DNA from: Macrostomum hystrix
Taxonomy: Eukaryota > Animalia > Platyhelminthes
Direction: 5' to 3'
NCBI GenBank assembly: GCA_950097015.1
Contig: CATNEN010000039.1
Location: 9,424,001-9,488,000, forward strand
DNA length: 64,000 nt
How positions within the stretch are numbered: the stretch's first letter is position 1; every line of letters starts with the position of its first letter. The position numbers and the translations under genes are program-made. Shown one piece after another: positions 24,558 through 34,787 of the stretch. The notes under the pieces were generated by a model that saw nothing but the letters and a program-made list of their open reading frames with translations, was not told the origin of the DNA and did not search any database.

Positions 24558-26022
24558 TGTTGTACTTGGGATTTCCTGTGTTGTACTGGGATTTCCTGTG
24601 TTGTACTGGGATTTCCTGTGTTGTACTGGGATTTCCTGTGTTTTACCTGGGATTTCCTGTGTTGTACTGGGATTTCCTGTGTTTTACTTGGGATTTCCAG
24701 TGTTGTACTGGGATTTCCTGTGTTGTACTGGGATTTCCTGTGTTGTACTGGGATTTCCTGTGTTGTACAGGGGTTTCCTGTGTTTTACTTGGGATTTCCA
24801 GTGTTGTACTGTGATTTCCTGTGATGTACTGGGATTTCCTGTGTTGTACTGGGATTTCCTGTGTTGTACTGGGATTTCCTGTGTTGTACTGGGATTTCCT
24901 GTGTTGTACTGGGATTTCCAGTGTTGTACTGGGATTTCCTGTGTTGTACTGGGATTTCCTGTGTTTTAGCTGGGATTTCCTGTGTTGTACTGGGATTTCC
25001 TGTGTTTTACTTGGGATTTCCAGTGTTGTACTGTGATTTCCTGTGTTGTACTGGGATTTCCTGTGTTGTACTGGGATTTCCTGTGTTGTACTGGGATTTC
25101 CTGTGTTGTACTGGGATTTCCTGTGTTTTAGCTGGGATTTCCTGTGTTGTACTGGGATTTCCAGTGTTGTACTGGGATTTCCTGTGTTGTACTGGGATTT
25201 CCAGTGTTGTACTGGAATTTCCTGTGTTGTACTGGGATTTCCTGTGTTTTAGCTGGGATTTCCTGTGTTGTACTGGGATTTCCTGTGTTTTACTTGGGAT
25301 TTCCAGTGTTGTACTGTGATTTCCTGTGTTGTACTGGGATTTCCTGTGTTGTACTGGGATTTCCAGTGTTGTACTGGGATTTCCTGTGTTGTACTGGGAT
25401 TTCCTGTGTTTTAGCTGGGATTTCCTGTGTTGTACTGGGATTTCCAGTGTTGTACTGGGATTTCCTGTGTTGTATTGGGATTTCCTGTGTTTTACCTGGG
25501 ATTTCCTGTGTTGTACTGGGATTTCCTCTGTTTTACCTGGGATTTCCTGTGTTTTACTTGGGATTTCCTGTGTTGTACTGGGATTTCCTCTGTTTTACCT
25601 GGGATTTCCTGTGTTGTACTGGGATTTCCTGTGTTTTACTTGGGATTTCCAGTGTTGTACTGGGATTTCCAGTGTTGTACTGTGATTTCCTGTGTTGTAC
25701 TGTGATTTCCTGTGTTGTACTGGGAATTCCAGTGTTGTACCGGGATATCCTGTGTTGTACTGGGATTTCCTGTGTTTTACTTGGGATTTCCAGTGTTGTA
25801 CTGTGATTTCCTGTGTTGTACCGGGATATCCTGTGTTGTACTGGGATTTCCTGTGTTTTACTTGGGATTTCCAGTGCTGTACTGGGATTTCCTGTGTTTT
25901 ACTTGGGATTTCCAGTGTTGTACTGGGATTTCCTGTGTTGTACTGGGATTTCCTGTGTTGTACTGGGATTTCCTGTGTTGTACTGGGATTTCCTGTGTTT
26001 TAGCTGGGATTTCCTGTGTTGT
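24558..26022. repeat. 20/21-bp minisatellite (TGTTGTACTGGGATTTCCTG)n
   Basis: About 70 units with variant units ttttacttggg and ttttagctggg. Confidence 0.97.
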
Positions 26023-26456
26023 AATGAAATTTCCTATGCTATGCTTGGATTTGATAGTTGATTACTGTGAAATCTCGTTATAGCACTGTGATTTCTGCCA
26101 CTGAAGTAGCCAATAACTGGTAAAACAATATTCATACCAAAGGGATTACGAATTGCCTCAAGAAATGTTTAAGCTTTTGAATTCTTGTAAATGTCATACT
26201 TATCTGTCATACTTGTACAAGTACGCATGTATCTGATTACCTGCATATGAATTATATTCGCTTACAAATAGCAGAGTCTTGTTTCTTTGATGATCAATTT
26301 TTTATTTCCGTCTTGTCGTTTTTTATAACTTTTTCGTTTCTTTGCAGCATTTAAATGTCTTCAAATTCTTTTGTACAAGATCAATTGTCGCTTATTTTTA
26401 ATTCGTAGAAAATATCATCCCCTAGTTTCAGCTGATTTCTCTCTGACAACTAAAGC

Positions 26457-27507
26457 ATGGCAACAGCCCAGCACAAGCAAGATCAGCAGCAACAGCAAGA
26501 GCAGCAGCAACAGCAGCAGCAGACCTGCTGGTGGTCCTACACCTGGCCTCACAGTCGGGGTCCTCAGACGAAGGCCTCAGCTGTCGGTCCCGGCCGGCCG
26601 CCGTCAGTCCTGGCGCTTGGCGTCCGGCCGTTGAAGCGAACGGGCAGCAGCGGCAGCGGCGGCTCCGGAGGCGGCAAAAAGCGGCTGCAGCAGCAACTGC
26701 CGCCACAGCAGCAGCAGCAGCAGCAGAGTCAGCGCATTGTCACTCTGACAATCAAAGCCGGCTCTGGCGGCTCGGCCGGCTTTGACGAAAAGTTTCAGCG
26801 CTCAGCCTCGCCGCAGTTGCAATCCTCAGTCCTAGCTAGACGCCAGCCACATCTGATGCAACAGCAGCAGCAGCAGCAGCAGCCGCATCTGCTGCACCAG
26901 CCTGAGGACAAGCAGCTGTCTGTGTGCCTCCAATGCGCAGCCTGGGTTGAATGCCAGTCGGCGCACAGGCAGGCCACGGGTCACGTGACCTACCAGCCCG
27001 TGTCGGCGGCGACGGCCGCCTACTACAAGTGCCTGGAGTGCTACCAGCGCATGGTCAATCAGAGACAGGTAGGAGCCGACTGCTTCTGGAAGCGAATAGA
27101 TAACGTTCGTTTTTTATTTATTTAGACTTTTTCGCTACATATCGCCCACCTGCAAACCTGCCAAGGTCTCCGAGCACATGCACCGGGCCAAGCACGTTAA
27201 CTACGTGCGTCTCGGACTGAACGGCTGCGGCTCTGCTCTCCTAGGCAATGGCCTCGCAGCTCCCACTGCCGGCTCCGTTGGCACCGACAACACCGGCGAG
27301 TTCTTTGATGCTGCCGCCGCTTTTGTCGCGTCTTCTTCATCGTCCTCGTCGCCACCGCCTCCGCCGCCGCCCTCTTCAACAGAAACGTTTAGCATCATCA
27401 GCCCGACGACTGTCGACTCCTCGGCCACGGTGCTAGCCGCGTTGAACTTCGCCGACTGCGACCGCCTCCTGGATCCATTCGCGATGTTCGACGATTCGTT
27501 TTCCTGA
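26457..27507 (+). CDS. Q-rich protein with two atypical C2H2 zinc fingers and an acidic C-terminus (~317 aa, 2 exons)
   Basis: Exon 26457-27068 joined to 27166-27507 gives CLQC-x9-H-x5-HVTY and CLEC-x12-H-x5-HVNY. The acceptor choice is inferred from finger geometry. Confidence 0.65.
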
Positions 27508-28176
27508 CTTTAGCATAGTTTTTTCTGTGCAAAAGGAATCCGGTAATTTGCTTTTCTATCTACTTACTATCAGACGGTAAGTAGGTTGGACGCGCATTTT
27601 CCTATTTTTGGTGACATTTGTTTGAAGTAAAATTTATCACCGGGCTTGCGAGGGCGCGGCAGTTTCGCTCCTCGTCGGCTTGCAATGATTTTATAGTCTT
27701 CAAGTTTCAGTTCTTTTGCTTGTTTTACTTTGAATTTGTTCAGGAATACTTGGTCTCTGCTGAACTCTGAGCTGTGTTACCTGTCCACTGGGTGGTCTGG
27801 GGCAGGTAAAAAGCTACTGCTGTTCGATCAATCTATTCTGATAATTTTGTGCAGTTACATTTTTGTTAACAGCTTTAATTTTCAATGTGATTTCGCTGGA
27901 CCGTTCTTTCTGACCCCACCCTACAAGATACAGGTTTTTTAGCAAAGCCAAATAAATGCTTCTTCTGTCGGACGTGTTAAACTTATTTTTATTTTCTTAT
28001 AAAGAATCTTGCTCTTGTTGCCCGTACTTGAAAATTAAGGCTACATATATTTTTATATGCATTGTTGTATCTGAATGTTTCTAACTGTAATTTGCGGTTG
28101 TCTGTCTTGATTTTGAATATTTGTTCGTTGCTTGTCACCCTGGCCCCATTGCATGTTGGACATCGATACAGGAGTA

Positions 28177-28605
28177 TGGAACACTTGTCAGCTACTGGGA
28201 ACACTTGTCAGCTACTGAAAACACCTTTCAGCTACTGGGAACATTGTCAGCTACTGAAAACACTTGTCAGCTACTGGGAACACTTGTCAGCTACTGGGAA
28301 CACTTGTCAGCTACTGAAAACACTTGTCAGCTACTGGGAACACTTGTCAGCTACTGGGAACACTTGTCAGCTACTGAAAACACTTGTCAGCTACTGGGAA
28401 CACTTGTCAGCTACTGGGAACACTTGTCAGCTACTGGGAACACTTGTCAGCTACTGGGAACACTTTTCTTCTATTGGGAACACTTGTCAGCTACTGGGAA
28501 CACTTGTCTTCTATTGCGAACACTTGTCAGCTACTGGGAACGCTGTCAGCTACTGGGAACACTTGTCAGCTACTGGGAACGCTGTCAGCTATAGGGAATA
28601 CTTGT
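28177..28605. repeat. 20-bp minisatellite (GGAACACTTGTCAGCTACTG)n
   Basis: About 21 units. Confidence 0.95.
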
Positions 28606-29685
28606 CCGCAGAATAGTACAGTAGCCACTGATTCCCAAATTCTCACAAATTGCTCACTTAATAAAGGCATCTTCCAATAGAACATTTTTCTCGTCTTGTC
28701 AGTTCATATTTGCAGAGCTGGAATATGTTAACAAATAATCTGTGTGGCAATGCTTGCCTATTATGTGCCTATTTACTATCTAGTGCATCGTTTAACATAC
28801 ACATGCGCAACATGCTTCTTCTCAGTAGAAATAGCTGAATATTAGTTTGCTAATGATTTAGAAAGTATAGAATTTTCCTAAGTGATGGCTTAATAAGGTT
28901 TAAATTATAACTGATCTAAAGTATTTTGCAGCTTACTTTGGGCTTATATATCTGTTTGGGGTCGGCAATGTTCCAATTGATTTCTTTCCGACCGTTTTTT
29001 CTTCTTGTGACTTGTTCTCAGTTCCCAATAAAAGTTATTCGAATAAAATGCTTTGGAACCAAGAATTTATTTACATTTTATATATTCGCCGCTTTGTATA
29101 AAGATTCATTCATTCATTCATATTGACATTACTTATAAGCCCACAATACTTGCTCTTGATTCGGTTTAAGAGGCTGAAAGCAGTTAATTGTGCAATCTAT
29201 ATGAATTCCGCTTGTGCTTGTGAATGCTCTGCTTCGTAAAGAAATCTGGCAAATATAATTGCAGTTACTCCTAAAAGACACCGCTGACTTGTTTCTTAAG
29301 AAATAATCCTAACATGCAGTGCTTTTCGGCTAATAAGTTCCCTCATTTAAATATGGGCTGGTGCTAATTTTCTTAACATAGTTTAATTATATATATTCGC
29401 AGTGGCTATTTTTACTTTAGACCCTCAGCCAGTGAGTAGGCTTTTTTGTCCATTCCGCTGACGCCTGAGCACATATTATCACACAGGCACACAAAGCTGT
29501 GTACATGTGTGCTAACTGTCTCATCGTCATCGGCAGTGTGCATTCGGGTTGGCCCTAAATTAGCGTACATTGCATTGCACAAACAAGTCCGTGAATTTGC
29601 TCACTAATTAATGTGCATTTTAGTGCCATGTTGACAATATGTACTGAGCACTACGTAACGGCCTAAAATTCACCGAGTGTTCTGT

Positions 29686-29708
29686 GTTATAAAAGGCGAT
29701 TATATATA
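29686..29708 (+). promoter_or_regulatory. Candidate TATA box of TNFR-like gene 1
   Basis: TATAAAA at ~29688 and TATATATA at ~29701, about 150 bp upstream of ATG 29852. Confidence 0.35.
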
Positions 29709-29851
29709 CTCTGAGTTTATTAGCTACTACTTGCTTGCTTGTATAACAGAGAAAACGGAGAGTTATATAACCTGTTGCTTTAGCACTACATGAAGCGCTT
29801 TATTTATTGAGTACCTACCTATGTCGGATCATCGCACTGCACCAACTCATT

Positions 29852-31356
29852 ATGACAAGGTATTTGTTGAGATTATGGCCAGCAGCTGTTCTCATTGTGC
29901 TTTTGAAGTCGGGCGCCTCAGCTGCGCCGGCTGCCATCGAAGAAGATGGCCGCCAGAGACCTGACTCGGGAGCTAATTACCTGCATCCTGAGGCCTGCGG
30001 GCTAGACGAGTTTGTCAACGCCATAGGAGAGTGCATCAGCTGCTCCTGGTGCTACAACATCGAAAGATCGGGATCGCCTAGCCAGATTGCTCAGCGAATC
30101 TTGCACCGGGACTCCATCTGCAGGTGTGCCTAGCGTGTATGACCTATAAGCATTTCCCTGGCTAACTCAGTCAATATCGGATGATAATGATGTTCGAGTA
30201 CATTTACGTAACTTACTAACTTTATGAGTGTATGCTACTACTACAATAGGTCAGTGGCAGAGTGGTTAACGCCGTTGACTCTCGCACCAAGGTCCCTGAG
30301 CTCGATTCCGCGGCGAGGCCGCATTCATTTGGGGCGCAGCCGCGGAGAGAAGGCTTGCGGGGCTTGCCGTGCAATTTACACCTTTGAGGGCCAACCTCCA
30401 AGGCACAGTGAGTAGTGTACACTGCCTGACGATGAGAAAGTTAGGGCAGATGTGTGAGCGTTTGCCTTTGTGAGTGTGTGCTCAGGAGTCAGCGAGATTA
30501 GCAGAATTGCCTCCTCGCTGGCTGCGGGTCACCTGTCATTAAATAATGTGCCATTGCCCACAGTGGTAGTGGTGAGGGCGTCGGACTCACGACTTGAAGG
30601 TCGGGGGTTCGATTCCCGACTCCTTTGTGTCCTTTAGCAAGACACTTAACTCTGCATTGCTTCAGTTCACCCAGCTGTTAAATGGGTACCAGCATTAGCT
30701 GGGATAATTGAAGGTGGGTGTGGCGTCCCCCCAGTCCATGGACTGAACAGCCGTACGCAGCCTTCAGATGCGCCGCGCAATAGCTGCGGCTGTGCTGTCG
30801 GCTGCACATCTGGCCCAATTGGGGCAGGTGTAATCAATTATTATTATTATTATTATTAATTAGCGCATGCTTAAGCAACTATCACAAAAAAGTGCTGAGG
30901 CAGAATCCTCCATGTCTCTAATCTTACAGGCGCCTCGCTCGAAGCTGCAGTCATCCTGAGCGTGGAAGCACGTCAGCTGCTTCGCCAAAGGCCAGCACCT
31001 CGACTCAGACTTCGTCAGATGCGAAATCGACAAGAGTTCCAGAAAAATTGCATGAAGCTCTTGACAAAGTGACTTCTGCATTAACGGTAGAAGTCGAGAG
31101 CAGCACCGACGGTATCCACACGGCTTCCAGTGCGTCCGTACCCGTCTGGGCATGGTGTGTCGGGGCTGTCAGCATTTTGGTGCTTATAATGGCAGCGATT
31201 GCAGGTTTTACTGCTCGCCTGGTCCGACGGAAGCGAGCGGCCAAATCGATTAGCAAGACCGAGGAGGACGAGGACGCTCACATGATGGCTTCGGCTTCGG
31301 TCATCTCAGTCGATGCTGCTTGCAAGGCGATGAAAGTGAGAGACAGAGCTCACTAA
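29852..31356 (+). CDS. TNF-receptor-like type I membrane protein 1 (single CRD, ~232 aa, 2 exons)
   Basis: Exons 29852-30123 and 30930-31356 (phase 2). Signal peptide, CGLDEFVNAIGECISCSWC...ICRRLARSC, S/T stalk, TM (WAWCVGAVSILVLIMAAIAGF), basic stop-transfer RRKR. The Cys pattern resembles BCMA/TACI/Grindelwald CRDs. Confidence 0.7.
30249..30560 (+). mobile_element. SINE family A, full length, in the TNFR-like 1 intron
   Basis: tRNA head gtcagtggcagagtggttaacg...ctcgattcc; at least 8 related copies in the window. Confidence 0.9.
30562..30858 (+). mobile_element. SINE family B (CORE-SINE-like), full length, (TTA)n tail, abutting SINE-A
   Basis: tRNA head, then tgtgtcctttagcaagacacttaactctgcattgcttcagttcacccagctgttaaatggg, which resembles the MIR CORE domain. 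Confidence 0.85.
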
Positions 31357-31715
31357 CAATTGACTTTCACTTTGTGTCTACCTTGAAATTCTAAATGATT
31401 TATAATATTCAGATTTTTGCATGCGAAAGAAACACCATCATACCTTCTGTCTAAGATTTATATTTTCTCTATAAATGTTATCATTGTATAATTTCATTAA
31501 TTATGTGCACGGATTGCCTTTCGAAAAGCAACTACGAGTTCTTTGTCCTAGAATCTAGAAAATTAAAGAAGTCTCCACAGGCTCATAAGTTTTGGCAATG
31601 TCGCTTCCAAATCCGGTAACTCACTTTTTCCAAGACAAGGGAATATTTTTCTGTATTCTGCTTTCTGTAAAAAAATTTACGGTTGCTTTCGTGTCCAATC
31701 GGCCAATTGGGTATA

Positions 31716-31806
31716 AACACCCACCCCAGACACCCACCCCAGACACCCACCCCAGACACCCACCCCAGACACCCACCCCAGACACCCACCCCAGACACCC
31801 ACCCCC
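31716..31806. repeat. 13-bp minisatellite (ACACCCACCCCAG)n
   Basis: About 7 units; G-rich on the minus strand. Confidence 0.92.
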
Positions 31807-31929
31807 GCCGCTGTGCCCAGATTGTCTCTCGCGCTGCGTGGTGTAATTTTTTTTCATATTTAGTGCATTCATATTCCGTGCAAAAATTGCTAAATATATC
31901 CTGCCTGGGCCATAGACAGTCCCCATTAC

Positions 31930-32344
31930 GGGGTGCTTTCACAAGCTCGAAATTTCACAACACCGAAAAGCAATTTTTTTCATGAGGTCGAAACTTCATA
32001 AGCTCGAAATTTCACAACGTCGAAACTTCACAACGTCGAAAACTAAAATAGCAGCTATGAAATCTCTTGCTAAAGCTTTCGACGTTGTGAAGTTTCGAGC
32101 TTATGAACTTTCGACCTAGTGAAGGTAGCTGCTATTTTAGTTTTCGACGTTGTGAAGTTTCGACCTCATGAAAATTCGAGCTTATGCAGTCCCTTGCTTG
32201 AGTTTTCGACCTTATGAAGTTTCGACCTAATGAAGTTTCGACCTTATGAAATTAGCTGCTTTTGAGTTTTCGATGTTGTGAAATTTCGACCTTGTGAAGA
32301 AAGGTGCCTTCGACGTTGTGAAATTTCGAGTTTGTGAAACCCCC
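31930..32344. mobile_element. Foldback/MITE-like element with GGGG termini, internal sub-repeats and an ATTAC TSD
   Basis: Left end ggggtgctttcacaagctcgaaatttcacaac versus right end gttgtgaaatttcgagtttgtgaaaccccc; attac on both flanks. Confidence 0.75.
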
Positions 32345-32830
32345 ATTACGTGCTCGTTTTCTGCCACAGAAGCAATTTCTGTGTCTGCTTTCGTGCCTAA
32401 GGGGGTGGTGTTAAACTTGCAAGAACGTAAAATGCAGAATATAAAAATAGATATGACTAATTTAATTGTGCATACAGGTGGTGCGAATGAATAACTATTT
32501 TTACTAACTGTACGGTATTTGACGTCTTAATTCTAATCTTAGACTTGCGAATTTTAGTAAATTGGAATACAGCATTGGTACAGTTCATTATACGTCAATG
32601 CTGAATTGCTATTTTTCGATCGGGTGTACTTGAATGAATCACATTTCTGTGTCGTGGGTCACACGTTTTAACATTTACACGGCATTTCCACCAAGCACGC
32701 CCTGATTATATATGGCAAAAGGCTGATCGGTTCATCGCTAATTTTGCGGGAGCACTTAGGTAAAAGAAAACTGTATAGGCGTCGATCGCGAATTCATTAG
32801 ATAACTCATGAAACCATTCCCGTGGCACAC

Positions 32831-33586
32831 ATGGTCATCAGATCCAACGTAAGACCAAGAAGCATGGCCATTGATATCATGCTGAGTCCTATTGACTACC
32901 TAACCATCTTTCTGACTGTCGCGACTGCTGTTGCTGTCGCCTGTCAGCCGGACGAGTTTGCCGACTCGCTGGGCTTCTGCCAGAGCTGCGAATGGTGCCG
33001 ACCTCGGCCAGGCCACCAGCAGGCGGCCTCGCACGCTGCCAGTCTGCAGGCCCTGATGCACCGGCGGCTCATCTGCGACCAGCACGGCAGAGCTTGCTTC
33101 GCCGGGACCAGCGCCCAGCAGAACCAAGACCTGCCGACATCCGGAATAATTCAAGAGACAGCGCCGCCTGTCCTCACTACGGGACCACATCAGGTGGAGG
33201 GAAGTCCCGCGCAATCGAAATCCTGGACGCCGGAACCTCGAGTTCCAACTGCCGTGGCCGGTTCCGGAAGCATGACTCTAGCACTTATGATTGCCTGCAG
33301 CGTTGCAGTTTTTATCCTGGTTGCTATCGTTGCTGTTGTCTTCTCTCTGCTGCGGAGACGAACTTCGAATAACCGCGGCCCGGATGCTTCTAAGGAGTCA
33401 GGCGGCGCAGCAGCAGCCGAACCGCAGCGATTTTGGTCAGCTGCGCATGATGCAGGGCTTCGAGGATCTCAGATTTCCATCCTGAGGACTGCAGAGGCCA
33501 TTAGCGAGGCCCAGACCAGCCTTCAACGGTCCGTTGAAGTCGAGGCTGAGGCGGGCGAGAGATTGCTGACCGGTTGCTGTGTCTGA
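32831..33586 (+). CDS. TNF-receptor-like type I membrane protein 2 (single CRD, intronless)
   Basis: Signal peptide (LTIFLTVATAVAVA), CQPDEFADSLGFCQSCEWC...LICDQHGRAC, P/T stalk, TM (LALMIACSVAVFILVAIVAVVFSLL), RRR. Same Cys spacing as gene 1. The start could be ATG 32831, 32864 or 32879. Confidence 0.75.
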   Translation: MVIRSNVRPRSMAIDIMLSPIDYLTIFLTVATAVAVACQPDEFADSLGFCQSCEWCRPRPGHQQAASHAASLQALMHRRLICDQHGRACFAGTSAQQNQDLPTSGIIQETAPPVLTTGPHQVEGSPAQSKSWTPEPRVPTAVAGSGSMTLALMIACSVAVFILVAIVAVVFSLLRRRTSNNRGPDASKESGGAAAAEPQRFWSAAHDAGLRGSQISILRTAEAISEAQTSLQRSVEVEAEAGERLLTGCCV

Positions 33587-33979
33587 AACTGCTGCCCACT
33601 TGTTGAAAACTGCTTTACTCACAAACCCAACTGGGACCGTCCCGAATTTCTGAAGCCTTTCGAATTTTCTATAGAAATATATTATACCGAAAAAAGCGTC
33701 CTTTTTTCTGTCAGTTTTGTTAAATAAAATTTCTTTTCGACGTGCGAAACGCGCATCGAAACTTTTATGAAACTTTTATGTTCATAATCCAAATAGTCAG
33801 GAAAAAATAATATTTTAGCGACGTTAAAAGTAGATAAAAAGACAAATAGTGATAAAAAACAAATTTCGGGAAAAAGTTTCACACAATAATAAAATTGAAA
33901 ATGATTTGAGGCACATGTTTTCTCTTCGTCATCAAGTGTTTCTGTTACTTCTCTATATTACGAAGTATTGCCCTATTGT

Positions 33980-34400
33980 ACGCGGTGTGTAAGTTTTTCG
34001 AAGTACAAGTCCATGTTTAAAAAAATAAAATTATCTTCTGTTCAGCAATTTCGCAAAATTCTGTATTTAAATGAGACACTAGGTGCACAGTTTCACTAAA
34101 GTTTTTCTCTCCTGTAGGTCGGCTCACAGTCTTCTAAAGGAGGTAATTCTATCCACTTCAATAACTCATGATCACCAGTAGATGAGTGCCAGACCGATCT
34201 AACTCATTTGTCACTCGCGCTAAGGGCCTACCCGAAAAACAATCTTCCGTATCGAGACGTATCGAAGACGTCCCTAATTCCAGGAACGGTATTTCGATGG
34301 TTCCGGCCACAACTTGGGGACGTCCACTGCTGGTTGCAAGGGGACATAAAATGTGCAATATTGTTGCATTGACTAAACATTAATAAAGTTTTTTGATTTG
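33980..34400 (-). mobile_element. Possible decayed Tc1/mariner relic
   Basis: Translation contains EDCFSGRP and SSGRP (GRP-like HTH linker); no intact ORF. Confidence 0.3.
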
Positions 34401-34649
34401 CCAGTAAATCATAACGAATTATTGTACAAATTATAGAGAAAATAAAAAAAAGCAAACAGTATACTGCTCAGGTAAAAATGAAGGCTTTTAGTTTAGTGAA
34501 AACCTGACTTGTGACTTCTTAGGTAAGCTAACATTCGTTTGAGGCGCAGCCGCAGGCAGTAGGCTGTAACCCATTATTATAATCCAAGAGCACACCCTCA
34601 CACGAATACTGAACCTTATGTGTACACACCTGTGCGTATTCTAAGGTAC

Positions 34650-34787
34650 TGAGAAAGTCAGGGTGTGCACTGCACACTCGCACTGTGCCTTGAGGGTTGG
34701 CCCACAATTTTATCTCCGCGGGTGCGTGTTAAATAATGCGGCCTCGCCGCGGATTCGAGCCAAGGACCTTGATTCGAAAGACGGACG
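34650..34787 (-). mobile_element. SINE family A fragment directly after the IAP-A stop codon
   Basis: aaggtccttggctcgaatccgcggcgaggccgc on the minus strand. Confidence 0.7.

Noticed and set aside
24465-26083. Many Cys-rich ORFs
   Set aside because: Products of the 20/21-bp minisatellite.
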